This document shows positions 45,944 through 56,242 of a stretch of 64,000 nt of DNA, one piece after another (the first letter of the stretch is position 1; each line of letters starts with the position of its first letter). This stretch comes from Terriglobia bacterium. Its GTDB lineage: Bacteria; Acidobacteriota; Terriglobia; JAJPHL01; JAPKYU01. The notes under the pieces were generated by a model, which saw nothing but the letters and a program-made list of their open reading frames with translations, was not told the origin of the DNA and made no database searches. The position numbers and the translations under genes are program-made. The stretch covers positions 1,120,001 through 1,184,000 of the forward strand of contig CBDBKE010000004.1 in NCBI GenBank assembly GCA_965206645.1. The letters run 5' to 3'.

Positions 45944-46218
45944 AGGCTTGAATCTTAACAAGATACGCCCGATTTCCGGCACAGAATCACGCCTGCCGGT
46001 CTGGATCGCCGTCGGCGGGCTCCAGCACCCACAAATCGCTCCTGGGCGATTCTGGAGGTTTCAATTCCCCCTCACCGGAGTGGGGGGGATATCCCTGTTT
46101 GCCGGACTGTCTTTCGTTACAATCCGGTCCCCTCACCGAAGCGAGGGGAGATATTGCCAGTAGTGTAACACTCATGGCGGCGTCTCCGGAGCGGACCTTA
46201 GAAGCGTGTGATAATGTC

Positions 46219-47447
46219 TGCCAGCTCAACCGGTCGATGCAACACAAGCGTTAAATCGTTCTGCCGGAGTTTCAAACTCCAGCGTCTGACGGGGCCGTTC
46301 GTTCAGCTGACGTGCCACCTTGTTCAGATGCGCCTGAGAGTGCACCGACAAGTCCGTTCCCTTGGGGAAGTACTGTCGGAGTAGACCGTTGGTGTTCTCA
46401 TTCGAACCGCGCTGCCATGGACTCTGAGGATCACAGAAGTATACGTCAATGTCGGTCGCCAACGTGAACCGTCGATGCTCGGCGAGCTCCAGGCCTCGAT
46501 CCCAAGTCAGAGATTTGTACAGTTCCGTCGGCAGCTTCTTCGCGTGCTTGATGAGCGCCGACACGACCGTCTCCGTTTTCTTGCTGGATACTTTCGTAAG
46601 CATCACGTAGCGCGTATGACGTTCGACCAGAGTCGCAATGTGGCTGTTCTTCGATCCGGACAGCAGATCGCCTTCCCAATGACCGGGCACGGCACGATCT
46701 TCGACCGAGGCCGGGCGCTCACGGATCGATACGATGTCGGTGATCTGTCCTCGTCCATGGCCTCTCAGACTTGCATGTCGGGATCGACGAATCGTCCGCT
46801 TTGACCGCAGATGCTGCATCAGCTCTGCCTTCAGCGCACCGCGGGCTTGAACAAACAGGCTGCGGTAGATGGTCTCGTGAGACACGTGATAGGACGGATC
46901 CTTCGGATAGGCTCGTTTCAGCCAGCTGGCGATCTGCTCAGGCGACCAGTTTATGCTGAGCTTTCTGGCCACTACCCGTCGTAGTTGTGGATGCTTGACC
47001 AGCTGACACCGCTTCGGCCGGCGGGCCCTCTCCCCGGCTTGCTCATCGGCCTCCGCTGCTCGATAGTCATTATCGCCGCCATTCCGCCGAATCTCCCGGC
47101 TCACCGTCGATGGTGAGCGACCCAGCAACCCGGCGATGGATCGTATCGATTGATGTGCCGCAATGCCTCGAGAGATCTCTTCGCGCTCCGACAACGTCAG
47201 TGCCCAACATGAACGGCGTGGTGGCCGAGGACGGATGCCTCCGTACGGAGCAAGCTGATGGTAAACAGACGATGGCTGCTTACAAAACACTCGTCCAATC
47301 GACTTGAGCGACTCCCCTCGTTTCCACCGATCCCACACCTCCTCCAGTTCCGCCAGCGTGTAACCGCGACGAGCTCTTTGCTTCATCCGCATACACTCCA
47401 CCTCCTCCTTTCAAGGCAAAGTGTTGCGTCGATGGGTTGAGACCACC
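46219..47447 (-). mobile_element. IS30-family element (transposase 46226-47401)
   Basis: GHWEGDL, LTWDRG.E, PWQRGSNENTNGLLRQY; IRs ..CTCAAC...TCGA.GCAACAC. Confidence 0.94.
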
Positions 47448-47841
47448 TCCTTTATAACACACCAATCAAGGCCTTACGAGACTTGGAATATCCTGAAAAG
47501 GAACGCGATCCCAGGTATGACGGTGACGAGGAGCATTCCGAGTTCGCAGATCCGTTTCTTGATGCCCACACATACCGGGCACGTCTCTTTAGTGGCCCGG
47601 CCCCACGAGTATCCGCGCGCCTTCTAGGCCGCACAAGGTACCGGGACGGATCCACACGAAGTTGTCGTTGAGTAGGTGAACGGCGCTCGGTTCCTCGGCG
47701 CGGCGGATTAGCTCTTGGCAGTCCGCACAAGTAACGGCGTCGGTGTATCGCGTGTAATCCCGTAATGGACTGGCAAACATCTTGGGGAGCTTGCACCAAT
47801 ACGGGCTCCCCATGTGGACGAACTCCCGCTGTCTCATGGCT

Positions 47842-48219
47842 TCATTTGTCGTCGGCCGGCTGCCGGTTCTTCAGGTAGTCCAGTTCCTGGCGTATTGCGT
47901 CGTCGTATTTACTCTCGAGCGAGTCTGGATCCTGGTCCAGATGGCTCTCAAGTTCATCGAGCCTCGCGTCCTGTTTCTGCTCAAGCTCGTGGTGATTGTC
48001 GTTCAATCGCTGAGACCACTTAAGGAATGCCCACTCCATTTCGCAGGCATTGGGTGCGCGTGTGCAGTCGAGAGCATTCCAGACCCACGGACTCTCTGGT
48101 TGGCTCCAACTCGATGGGTTATCCCGTATTCGGCGTGCCAGCTCGTCGAACGCGAGATACTGCTTTGGTCCAGGTCTTGTAGCGAGCTTCTTAACCTCAA
48201 TATCGGGGAGAGATTTCAT
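47842..48219 (-). CDS. Hypothetical protein
   Basis: 125-aa ORF closely followed by the 82-aa ORF 47589-47837. Confidence 0.45.
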   Translation of the reverse strand: MKSLPDIEVKKLATRPGPKQYLAFDELARRIRDNPSSWSQPESPWVWNALDCTRAPNACEMEWAFLKWSQRLNDNHHELEQKQDARLDELESHLDQDPDSLESKYDDAIRQELDYLKNRQPADDK

Positions 48220-49042
48220 GTCAGCACACTCCGTTCACTGGGTATTTATCCTGCAAAACTGCCAAGTCTTTCTGCTACTGCCTCTCCCTGCTACAACCGG
48301 AATTTCCAATATGGATCTCTGTTACCGACAACCGTACTCCCTCCTTCGCACCGCAGGCAAGGATTTCTCCACGGGATACATGCTTTGATCGGATCGAGGG
48401 GGTCCAACGACTCGTTCTTTCCCTTCGGAAAGGGTTATCTGCCCCCCACGTCGCAGAGAAGGCCGAAAACGGCGAGGGCGAGCAGCGGCCAGATTAAACG
48501 CCCTCCCGCGGCGCCAAGAGGGTGAAGGAGGACCACCAGCAGCCGTTGCCAGACGTCTCCGCCGTCCGCGAATGCTCCAACCAGGGCCGTGAATCCTGCG
48601 AAGATCGCGTGAATCACAGCCAGAATCAGCACCGGAATCCTGAAGCTGGTCATGCGGACATGATCCTTACTAATAATGCGGGCTTTCGTCCACCGGACTC
48701 GATGAATGCGTCCCCGGCGGGCAGCCCCTGTGGTCACGCGAATGGACGATCCGAGTAGGCGACAGTGACCGATGCCGTTGGACCCGCTGAAAGCGGGAGA
48801 TCGCTCCCGCCCGTCCTATTATGCTATTAATTAATTTATTATATTGTACTTAATGAAGAATCTCTGGGCGTGATCACGCGTTCGATCACCATTTGCAAGT
48901 TTTTGGCTTGGAATCCTCCCACGCCCCCAATACAAGATCCACACAGAAACAAACCGACCACAAGGGAGGCTGAACGCCCTGAGCTACGCGACTTGATCGA
49001 AGTCCCTACATTGGAGTTTGCAAGTGCGATCAGAAGCGGCGG

Positions 49043-49803
49043 GGGAGGATGAGCACCGCTGATGCGCGTGTTACCCTGGCGAGGCTTCCTGCCGCAATGG
49101 CGCTTGTGGGCCAACACCGTTCAGTTTGGCAAGAATCTATCCTGCATTTCCCTTCGCGTTGCGTTCCATTCGCCGGAGCATGGCGCGTCCGGTTCCAGGT
49201 GCCCCGTCCCGGCGGCGATTCCCCAATCGGGCTTGCCGCCTCCGACCGGAAGACGGGTGTGAGGTTGCGCCATTTGCCGCTGGCCTTCGCTGGTTCCGCT
49301 TTGTTCCGACGCAAGGCTCGCGCCAGAACGGTCCCCTCGCCTGGCAGGCGTCTGGCACTCGCTCTTGCCCTTGTCGGCCCTGCCCGTCACTGGCTTCGGC
49401 GGCGCTGTTCCTCCCGTGTCAGGGTTTGGCCGTTTCCGCCATTCGGGGGTGAGCGGAAACGCTCACAAACCCTTAAACTTTCAGGAGGAAACACATCATG
49501 GCTAACCCCAAACCCATCTCTGAAGTCCGCATCGGTCGCGTCAAGGCTGCGATTTGGCCGAACGAAACCGAAGGCCGCACGCGGCACAATGTCACCTTCT
49601 CCCGTCTCTACAAGGACGGCGATGAATGGAAGAGCACGCAGAGCTTCAGTCGCAACGACCTGTTGCTGCTTGCCAAAGTGGCCGATCAGGCCCACTCGCG
49701 TATCTTCGAGCTCCAGCACGAAGAAGAGCCTCAGGCAGAATCCTAGTGCGACGCGCATCAGAGAGCGGCGGGGCAATCCCCGCCGCGATCCGATCCTTTC
49801 GAC
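49043..49803 (+). repeat. Duplicated module, copy B
   Basis: Homologous to 32868-33626. Confidence 0.88.
49498..49746 (+). CDS. Conserved 82-aa hypothetical protein, copy B
   Basis: Three substitutions relative to copy A. Confidence 0.85.
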   Translation: MANPKPISEVRIGRVKAAIWPNETEGRTRHNVTFSRLYKDGDEWKSTQSFSRNDLLLLAKVADQAHSRIFELQHEEEPQAES

Positions 49804-49909
49804 AAGGAGAATGAACATGAACTGCATCGTGAGCGAAGTCTCCCAAGCTTTCCTGGCGGCGGCCGATAAAGGACTTGCGCGGTGAACGGTATTACCGTAC
49901 ATTATTATC

Positions 49910-50008
49910 GTGATCGTTCGCTCTGTCCGCCACCGGGGATTGCGCCGGCTGATCGAGAACGACAACCCCCGGTTCCTGCGGCGGAACCTGGTCGACCGGG
50001 TGCGTAAG
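49910..50008 (+). pseudogene. HigB/RelE plasmid-killer-type toxin N-terminal fragment, cut by MITE
   Basis: IVRSVRHRGLRRLIENDN. Confidence 0.65.
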
Positions 50009-50139
50009 GGTACTGTCAAGTTGAGCAGAATCCGCCCGTTTTGCGGAAAGATTCTGCTGGATCAGAGACTGAGAATCAATGACTTAGCGGTGGCGCCGGG
50101 CGGCGAGAATGCCGCCAAACTGCTTAACTTGACAGTACC
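50009..50139 (+). mobile_element. MITE-A copy 5
   Basis: Same 131-bp element. Confidence 0.93.
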
Positions 50140-50629
50140 CTGTTGCCTTCCACAGCGGTCCATGGCCAGCCTCGTGTCCCGCGATCGCGTGTGCGATCTC
50201 GTGTAGCACGGTGTCCCGGATCTGCTCCTCGCTTCCCTCCAGGGCATGGGTGCGGCTGATCCAGATCACGTGGTGTCGGAAATGACAGGCGCCAAGGCGT
50301 TTCCTGGCCTCGCCGAACGCGAGCGTCCAGCCCGTGAGCCCCTGCTCGTCCATCAACCGCCTCGCCATTCCCGCGACGCCGTTCAGCCTCTCCGCACCGT
50401 TCCTCGCGCTTTCCTTTCCCGCCCTGTGGAGTAAGCCATAGGAGACGTTCCAGCCTGTCTCTTCGCAGCGTACCTTGGCGCTCTTCGGGTTGAACTTCAC
50501 GATCTCGCCACGCCTTGGTCCGTCGGGACTTGTGAACGTCACCTTGTCCCCCACGCGGTAGTCAGCGCGTGCGTTGTCGTGCCGCGTGATGATCGTGGCT
50601 CGTCGCGCTCCTCCCGAGGGCTTTAACAT
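50140..50629 (-). pseudogene. SprT-like metalloprotease fragment, cut by MITE
   Basis: DTVLHEIAHA...GHGPLWK. Confidence 0.8.
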
Positions 50630-50955
50630 TGACTCGGGGACGTTCCAGGTCCGTTCTGCGGTGTCGACGACCTTCGCGAAGCGGCGTCGGCCCTGCCTTT
50701 GGAAGAGATGTCCGTGGATTGTTTTCCCCTTGTGAGTGAACTGTACGGCAGACCCGATAGATAGCGGGCTTCCTCCGGCTGATTGATCATTCGGCCTTCT
50801 CCTCTGGCTTGGAGTTGATCAGTCCCGGCACCCGGTACTCCCGCGTGTGCTCCATCCATTCCACCGCAACGCTCCACTCTCTGGACTCCAGATCGATGTC
50901 GGCTCGGCTCCGCGGCGGTCAGTTGACATTCTTATGACTGAAGGAAGACATCGCC

Positions 50956-51230
50956 ATGAGTGGCCACGACGCATTCAAGCGCATCCTGACATCGTTGCAC
51001 GAAGCCATGCTCGACGATGTTCACTGGCCGACCACCACGGCCCTGATTGACGAGGCCTGCGGCCTGACGAGCAATGCACTCCTGGTCGGCGAAGGCCCGA
51101 AGGACGACCTCCGGGTGCTCTTCGCCGGGCTCTACTACCGGGGACAGCGCCGCGAAACCTGGAACGAGAGTACCTCGAGGTCTACCATCCCATCGACGAA
51201 CGTGTGCCGCGCCTGCAGCAACTGCCCGAC
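50956..51230 (+). pseudogene. N-terminal fragment of a LuxR-type sensor regulator
   Basis: DAFKRILTSLHEAMLDD.HWP...LIDEACG; frameshifted and truncated. Confidence 0.55.
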
Positions 51231-51466
51231 CCGTGGGCCCCGGCCGAGCGGTGCCCGGCCCCCGCGAAAGGCCGCCGCCACGTCCCGAACAATATGGGGC
51301 AGTGCCCCATATCGATTCAGGTATTCTTCCCAGATGCCCCTCGATCGTGCGACGGCATGGCATCCCCCGTTGTCCAGGCCAAGGCACGAGTGCGTATGCC
51401 GTTAGCGAGGAGTCCCCGTCCCCGATCGGGTCCGGCCCGGCGGCCTTGGTCATCGGAACTGCGGCC

Positions 51467-52426
51467 GTGACGACCGTGCTGCCCGCGATCCCGCCCGAGA
51501 CGCTGGCCGAGTGGCAGCACGTGGTCGACCTGACGGCACGGCTCGCCCGGGTGCCGGCGAGCCTGATCATGCGCACCGAGCGTCCGAAGCACACGGTCCT
51601 GGTGAGTAGCCGCACCGAGGGCAACCCCTACGATGTCGGGCGCGAGTACGATCTGAACGCATTGCTCTATTGCCAGGGCGTGTTTGAAAACGACGGCGAG
51701 CTGGTGGTCGAGGACGCGACCCACGACCCGGTCTGGGCGGGTAACGAGGATCTGGCCGACGGGATGCGCTTCTACATCGGCTATCCCCTGAAATGGCCCA
51801 GCGGCGAGGTGTTCGGCACGATCTGCGTGCTCGACCGCGAGCGCAACGACCACGCGCTGCTGTTCCGCGAGGGGCTGCAGGCGTTCGCCGGCGTGGTCGA
51901 GGCGAACCTGCGGTCGCTGGTCGAGCTCGCCGAACGCCGCCGGCTCGAAACCGCCCTGCAGCACTCGCTCGACCAGACCGCACGGCAGGTGGTCGAACGC
52001 ACCAGCGAACTGCAGGACGCCAACACGGCGCTGCGCGTGCTGCTCGGCAATGTCGAGAAGTCCCACGAGGCGCGCAACGAGCAGCTGCTGCAACAGATCC
52101 ATACGCTGGTGATGCCGCATGTGGCGAAGCTCGCGCGGCTCGTGGAGCGCGACCGCGCGGCCGTGGAGTACGTGAGCCTGATCGAGACCAACCTTACGAC
52201 CCTCACCTCGTCGCTGGCATCGAGGATGGCGCGCGTGTTCCAGGCCTTGACCGCGACCGAAGCCGACGTCGCGCATCTGGTGATGCGCGGCCTGACCACG
52301 AAGGACATCGCCGCCACGCTGTCGCGGGCGCCGAGCACGATCGACTTTCACCGCCACAACATCCGCGCCAAGCTCGGCGTGGAGCGGCGCGTGACCCTGC
52401 GCGCGCACCTGCTGTCGATCCGCTGA
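51467..52426 (+). CDS. GAF + coiled-coil + LuxR HTH regulator
   Basis: FYIGYPLKWPSGEVFGTICVLD (GAF); LTATEADVAHLVMRGLTTKDIA...TIDFHRHNIRAKLG (HTH). Confidence 0.9.
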   Translation: MTTVLPAIPPETLAEWQHVVDLTARLARVPASLIMRTERPKHTVLVSSRTEGNPYDVGREYDLNALLYCQGVFENDGELVVEDATHDPVWAGNEDLADGMRFYIGYPLKWPSGEVFGTICVLDRERNDHALLFREGLQAFAGVVEANLRSLVELAERRRLETALQHSLDQTARQVVERTSELQDANTALRVLLGNVEKSHEARNEQLLQQIHTLVMPHVAKLARLVERDRAAVEYVSLIETNLTTLTSSLASRMARVFQALTATEADVAHLVMRGLTTKDIAATLSRAPSTIDFHRHNIRAKLGVERRVTLRAHLLSIR

Positions 52427-52938
52427 GCGGGGGCGCCGGCGCCGCGGCGGGCTCCCGAGACCGGGCACAGGACCGGCGAACGGAACGGCCAACACCATGG
52501 GGTGTTCCCCCTCATAACCACCCGCGATGTTCTCGTATACCCATCCTCCCGGCGCGTCGGTAGCATGGCCTCCACGTGATGAACGGCAGGGATGGCATCT
52601 GCCGCCCACCCGCGGAGGGCGCTGCGGCGGCGCGGGCAGACCGCGCGCGCGCACTGCCCGGGCGTGCCCGACCGTCCGCGCCGGACGTGCGGCGGCGTGC
52701 CTGCTGGGTCGGCGCAGAGGCCGGTCGCGCGATGCGCGCCACGGGCGCGACGTCACGAGGGATTTCGATGGTCGACGGGTGGGGCGAGTCACCGGCGGCG
52801 ACGGGCGCCTCACCGATGGCGGCGAGGCCACCATCGTGATCAACGACGGGAGGCCGCCACGACGGGGAAATAGGGAGCACCGGTTGGCGCTGACATGCTG
52901 TGACCTGAAGCGGCGGGAAACGCGATCACATCGAGGCG

Positions 52939-52974
52939 TTTTACTCGCGATAACTGGAATTATCGCGAGTAAAA
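52939..52974 (+). other. lox-like recombination site 1 (15-6-15)
   Basis: TTTTACTCGCGATAA-CTGGAA-TTATCGCGAGTAAAA, perfect arms, just upstream of the recombinase. Confidence 0.8.
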
Positions 52975-53011
52975 ATGAGCGGTCTTTTTCGACGGAACGG
53001 GAGGCCGCCCG

Positions 53012-53995
53012 ATGCTGATTGCCGAGACGCCATGCGATGTCGAGCGTGTGACCGGCGTGGCACACGCCGCGGAGGTTGGGGACTCCCTGGCCGCTTACTT
53101 CGACGCGGCCCGGGGGGCGTTCAGCCACAACACCGAACGCGCGCTGAGAGCCGACGTGGAGATATTCGCAGCCTGGTGCCGACAACATCTCCGGGCGGCG
53201 TTGCCCGCCAGCGTCCCTACCGTGGTCGCGTTCATCGACGACATGGCGCGCGTCAAGACTCCGGCGACGGTGCGCCGCTACGTGTCCAGCATCGCCACCG
53301 TGCACAAGGCGCTACGGCAGACGAACCCGCTGGACAGCGCCGCCGTCCGGTTCGCCCTGCAACGGATGCACCGGCGCCGGGGGCGTCGGCAGGCGCAAGT
53401 CCAGGGGCTGACCTGGCCGATGCGAAACCGACTGCTGGAGGCGGCCGGAGACCGGTTGATCGACGCCCGGAACCGCGCGCTCCTGGCGATGGGCTACGAC
53501 ACGCTGCTGCGGCGCTCCGAGCTGGTCTCGCTGGACGTGTCTGATGTACTGGAGGAAATCGACGGAACGGCGACGCTGCTCGTGCGCTCAGGCAAGACCG
53601 ACGCGGAGGGGCGAGGCGCGACGCTCTACCTGGCGCGCGACACCGTGCAGCTCGTCAAGACGTGGCTCGAACGGGGCGGCGTCGACGGAGGGCGGGTGTT
53701 CCGCTCCGTGCGCAAGGATCGCACGGTCGGCGAGCAGCTCGACGCGAGCCAGGTGCCGCGCATCTACAAGCGGATGGCGCGACACGCCGGGCTTCCCGAC
53801 GACATCGTCGACGCGCTGGCCGGGCACAGCACGCGCGTCGGGCCGGTGCAGGACATGATCGCCTGTGGCATCGAGTTGCCGGCCATCCTGCAGTCGGGTC
53901 GGTGGAAGACGACGCGCATGGTCCACCGCTACGGGGAGCGGTTGCTGGCGCGGCGCAGCGGCGCCCCCCAGCTGGCCGAGCGGCAGCAGCGCTGA
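53012..53995 (+). CDS. Cre-like tyrosine recombinase
   Basis: RNRALLAMGYDTLLRRSEL (R), RSGKTD (K), GHSTRVG (HxxR), GRWKT (W), HRY (Y). Confidence 0.92.
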   Translation: MLIAETPCDVERVTGVAHAAEVGDSLAAYFDAARGAFSHNTERALRADVEIFAAWCRQHLRAALPASVPTVVAFIDDMARVKTPATVRRYVSSIATVHKALRQTNPLDSAAVRFALQRMHRRRGRRQAQVQGLTWPMRNRLLEAAGDRLIDARNRALLAMGYDTLLRRSELVSLDVSDVLEEIDGTATLLVRSGKTDAEGRGATLYLARDTVQLVKTWLERGGVDGGRVFRSVRKDRTVGEQLDASQVPRIYKRMARHAGLPDDIVDALAGHSTRVGPVQDMIACGIELPAILQSGRWKTTRMVHRYGERLLARRSGAPQLAERQQR

Positions 53996-54296
53996 ACAGG
54001 CCCCACCCTGGAGGCGGCGGGTCGTGACGCTGGCGCGCACGTCAGGGGTAGAGGTTCGCCCGCGCCGTCCCCAGCGGCGCCCTCACATCTCTGGGACGTT
54101 ATCGCGAGCAAAAAGTCGACATTGTTGCTACATGTCCCGCGATGGGCGCGGCGCACTCCGCCGGTTGTTTCGTCGGCAGACGCAACCCTGTTCCGACAGA
54201 ACCGCCGTGATTTCAGCGGTTTATTACTGAAAGTGATGGCGAATGCGGGTCACGGTGTGATACGCTCGCGCCGTACCGACTTGGCGCGGAACTGAT

Positions 54297-54332
54297 TTTT
54301 GTGCGCGATAATTCCAGTTATCGCGAGTAAAA
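54297..54332 (-). other. lox-like recombination site 2, inverted relative to site 1
   Basis: TTTTGTGCGCGATAA-TTCCAG-TTATCGCGAGTAAAA; spacer is the reverse complement of site 1's. Confidence 0.78.
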
Positions 54333-54779
54333 CGCCTCGATGTGATCGCGTTTCCCGACGCTTCAGGTCACAGCATGTCAGCGCCAACCGGTGCTCCCTA
54401 TTTCCCCGTCGTGGCGGCCTCCCGTCGTTGATCACGATGGTGGCCTCGCCGCCATCGGTGAGGCGCCCGTCGCCGCCGGTGACTCGCCCCACCCGTCGAC
54501 CATCGAGATCCCTCGTGACGTCGCGCCCGTGGCGCGCATCGCGCGACCGGCCTCTGCGCTGACCCAGCAGGCACGCCGTCGCAGCGCCCTCCGCGGGTGG
54601 GCGGCAGATGCCATCCCTGCCGTTCATCACGTGGAGGCCATGCTACCGACGCGCCGGGAGGATGGGTATACGAGAACATCGCGGGTGGTTATGAGGGGGA
54701 ACACCCCATGGTGTTGGCCGTTCCGTTCGCCGGTCCTGTGCCCGGTCTCGGGAGCCCGCCGCGGCGCCGGCGCCCCCGC

Positions 54780-55490
54780 TCAGCGGATCGACAGCAGGTG
54801 CGCACGCAGGGTCACGCGCCGCTCCACGCGCCGCGCGAGCTTCGCCACATGCGGCATCACCAGCGTATTGATCTGTTGCAGCATCTGCTCGTTGCGCGCC
54901 TCGTGGGACTTCTCGACATTGCCGAGCAGCACGCGCAGCGCCGTGTTGGCGTCCTGCAGTTCGCTGGTGCGTTCGACCACCTGCCGTGCGGTCTGGTCGA
55001 GCGAGTGCTGCAGGGCGGTTTCGAGCCGGCGGCGTTCGGCGATCTCGACCAGCGACCGCAGGTTCGCCTCGACCACGCCGGCGAACGCCTGCAGCCCCTC
55101 GCGGAACAGCAGCGCGTGGTCGTTGCGCTCGCGGTCGAGCACGCAGATCGTGCCGAACACCTCGCCGCTGGGCCATTTCAGGGGATAGCCGATGTAGAAG
55201 CGCATCCCGTCGGCCAGATCCTCGTTGGCCGCCCAGACCGGGTCGCGGGTCGCGTCCTCGACCACCAGCTCGCCGTCGTTGTCGAACACGCCCTGGCAAT
55301 AGAGCGATGCGTTCAGATCGTACTCGCGCCCGACATCGTAGGGGTTGCCCTCGGTGCGGCTACTCACCAGGACCGTGTGTTTCGGACGCTCGGTTCGCAT
55401 GATCAGGCTCGCCGGCACCCGGGCGAGCCGTGCCGCCAGGTCGACCACGCGCTGCCACTTGGCCAGCGTCTCGGGCAGCACGGTCTTCAC
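54780..55490 (-). pseudogene. GAF-LuxR paralogue with in-frame deletion of the HTH
   Basis: Reads ...VAKLARRVERRVTLRAHLLSIR; deletion between CGTGGAGCG repeats. Confidence 0.85.
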
Positions 55491-55879
55491 GGCCGCAGTT
55501 CCGATAACCACCGCCGCCGGGCGGTGTGCGAAGGGACCGGGGTCCGCCGCGCCCGCTCGGGCGGCCTCCCCCGGGGGCGGGGCCGCGGGGCCCGGGCCGG
55601 GCCCGCGCCAACAGCAGCGCAGAAGCGCTGCAGCCGCTGCCCGCGGGTGGCCCGGCGCCTGCAGCGCGCCGGGACCGATCGGGGACCGGGACGCCTCGTT
55701 AACGGCATACGAACTCCTGCCTCGGCCTGTACACAGGGGGAGTCCATACCTTCGCACGATCGAGGGGCATCTGGGAAGAATACCTGAATCGATATGGGGC
55801 ACTGCCCCATATTGTTCGGGACGTGGCGGCGGCCTTTCGCGGGGGCCGGGCACCGCGCGGCCGGGGCCAACGGGTCGGG

Positions 55880-56195
55880 CAGTGCGGAGAGGCTGAACGG
55901 CGTCGCGGGAATAGCGAGGCTGTTGATGGACGAGCATGGGCTCACGGGCTGGACGCTCACGTTCGGCGAGGCCAGGAAACGCCTTGGCGCCTGTCGTTTC
56001 CGACACCACGTGATCTGGATCAGCCGCACCCATGCCCTGGAGGGAAGCGAGGAGCAACTCCTGGACACCGTGCTACACGAGATCGCACACGCGATCGCGG
56101 ACACGAGGCTGGCCATGGACTGCTGTGGAAGGCAACAGCACGGCGCATCGGGGCAACACCAAGGGGCGAAGACCTATGAGAGCCAAACTAGCTAA
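55880..56195 (+). pseudogene. SprT-like fragment, second copy, frameshifted
   Basis: LHEIAHA followed by a frameshift. Confidence 0.75.
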
Positions 56196-56242
56196 GGCGA
56201 GATGACGTCTCTCCCGGCGACGACGAACTGACCTGCCCCTTG

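Larger units (their letters stand above)
50140..52974. repeat. Left arm of a diverged inverted duplication (partner 54297-56138)
   Basis: SprT fragment, GAF-LuxR gene and downstream non-coding DNA recur reverse-complemented. Confidence 0.9.
54297..56138. repeat. Right arm of the inverted duplication
   Basis: Reverse complement of 50140-52974 with substitutions and several indels. Confidence 0.9.

Noticed and set aside
10806-50139. MITE-A as integron attC sites
   Set aside because: Ends match IS6 IRs rather than RYYYAAC/GTTRRRY, flanking genes are truncated rather than complete cassettes, and no intI is present.
51074-52426. 450-aa extended regulator and the 662-aa antisense ORF 51317-53305
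   Set aside because: GC-rich read-through and shadow ORFs; recognisable domains start only at ~51467.
50140-56138. Fold-back or chimeric assembly artefact as the cause of the inverted repeat
   Set aside because: The arms carry many substitutions and several indels and end at specific palindromic sites; read-level confirmation is still advisable.
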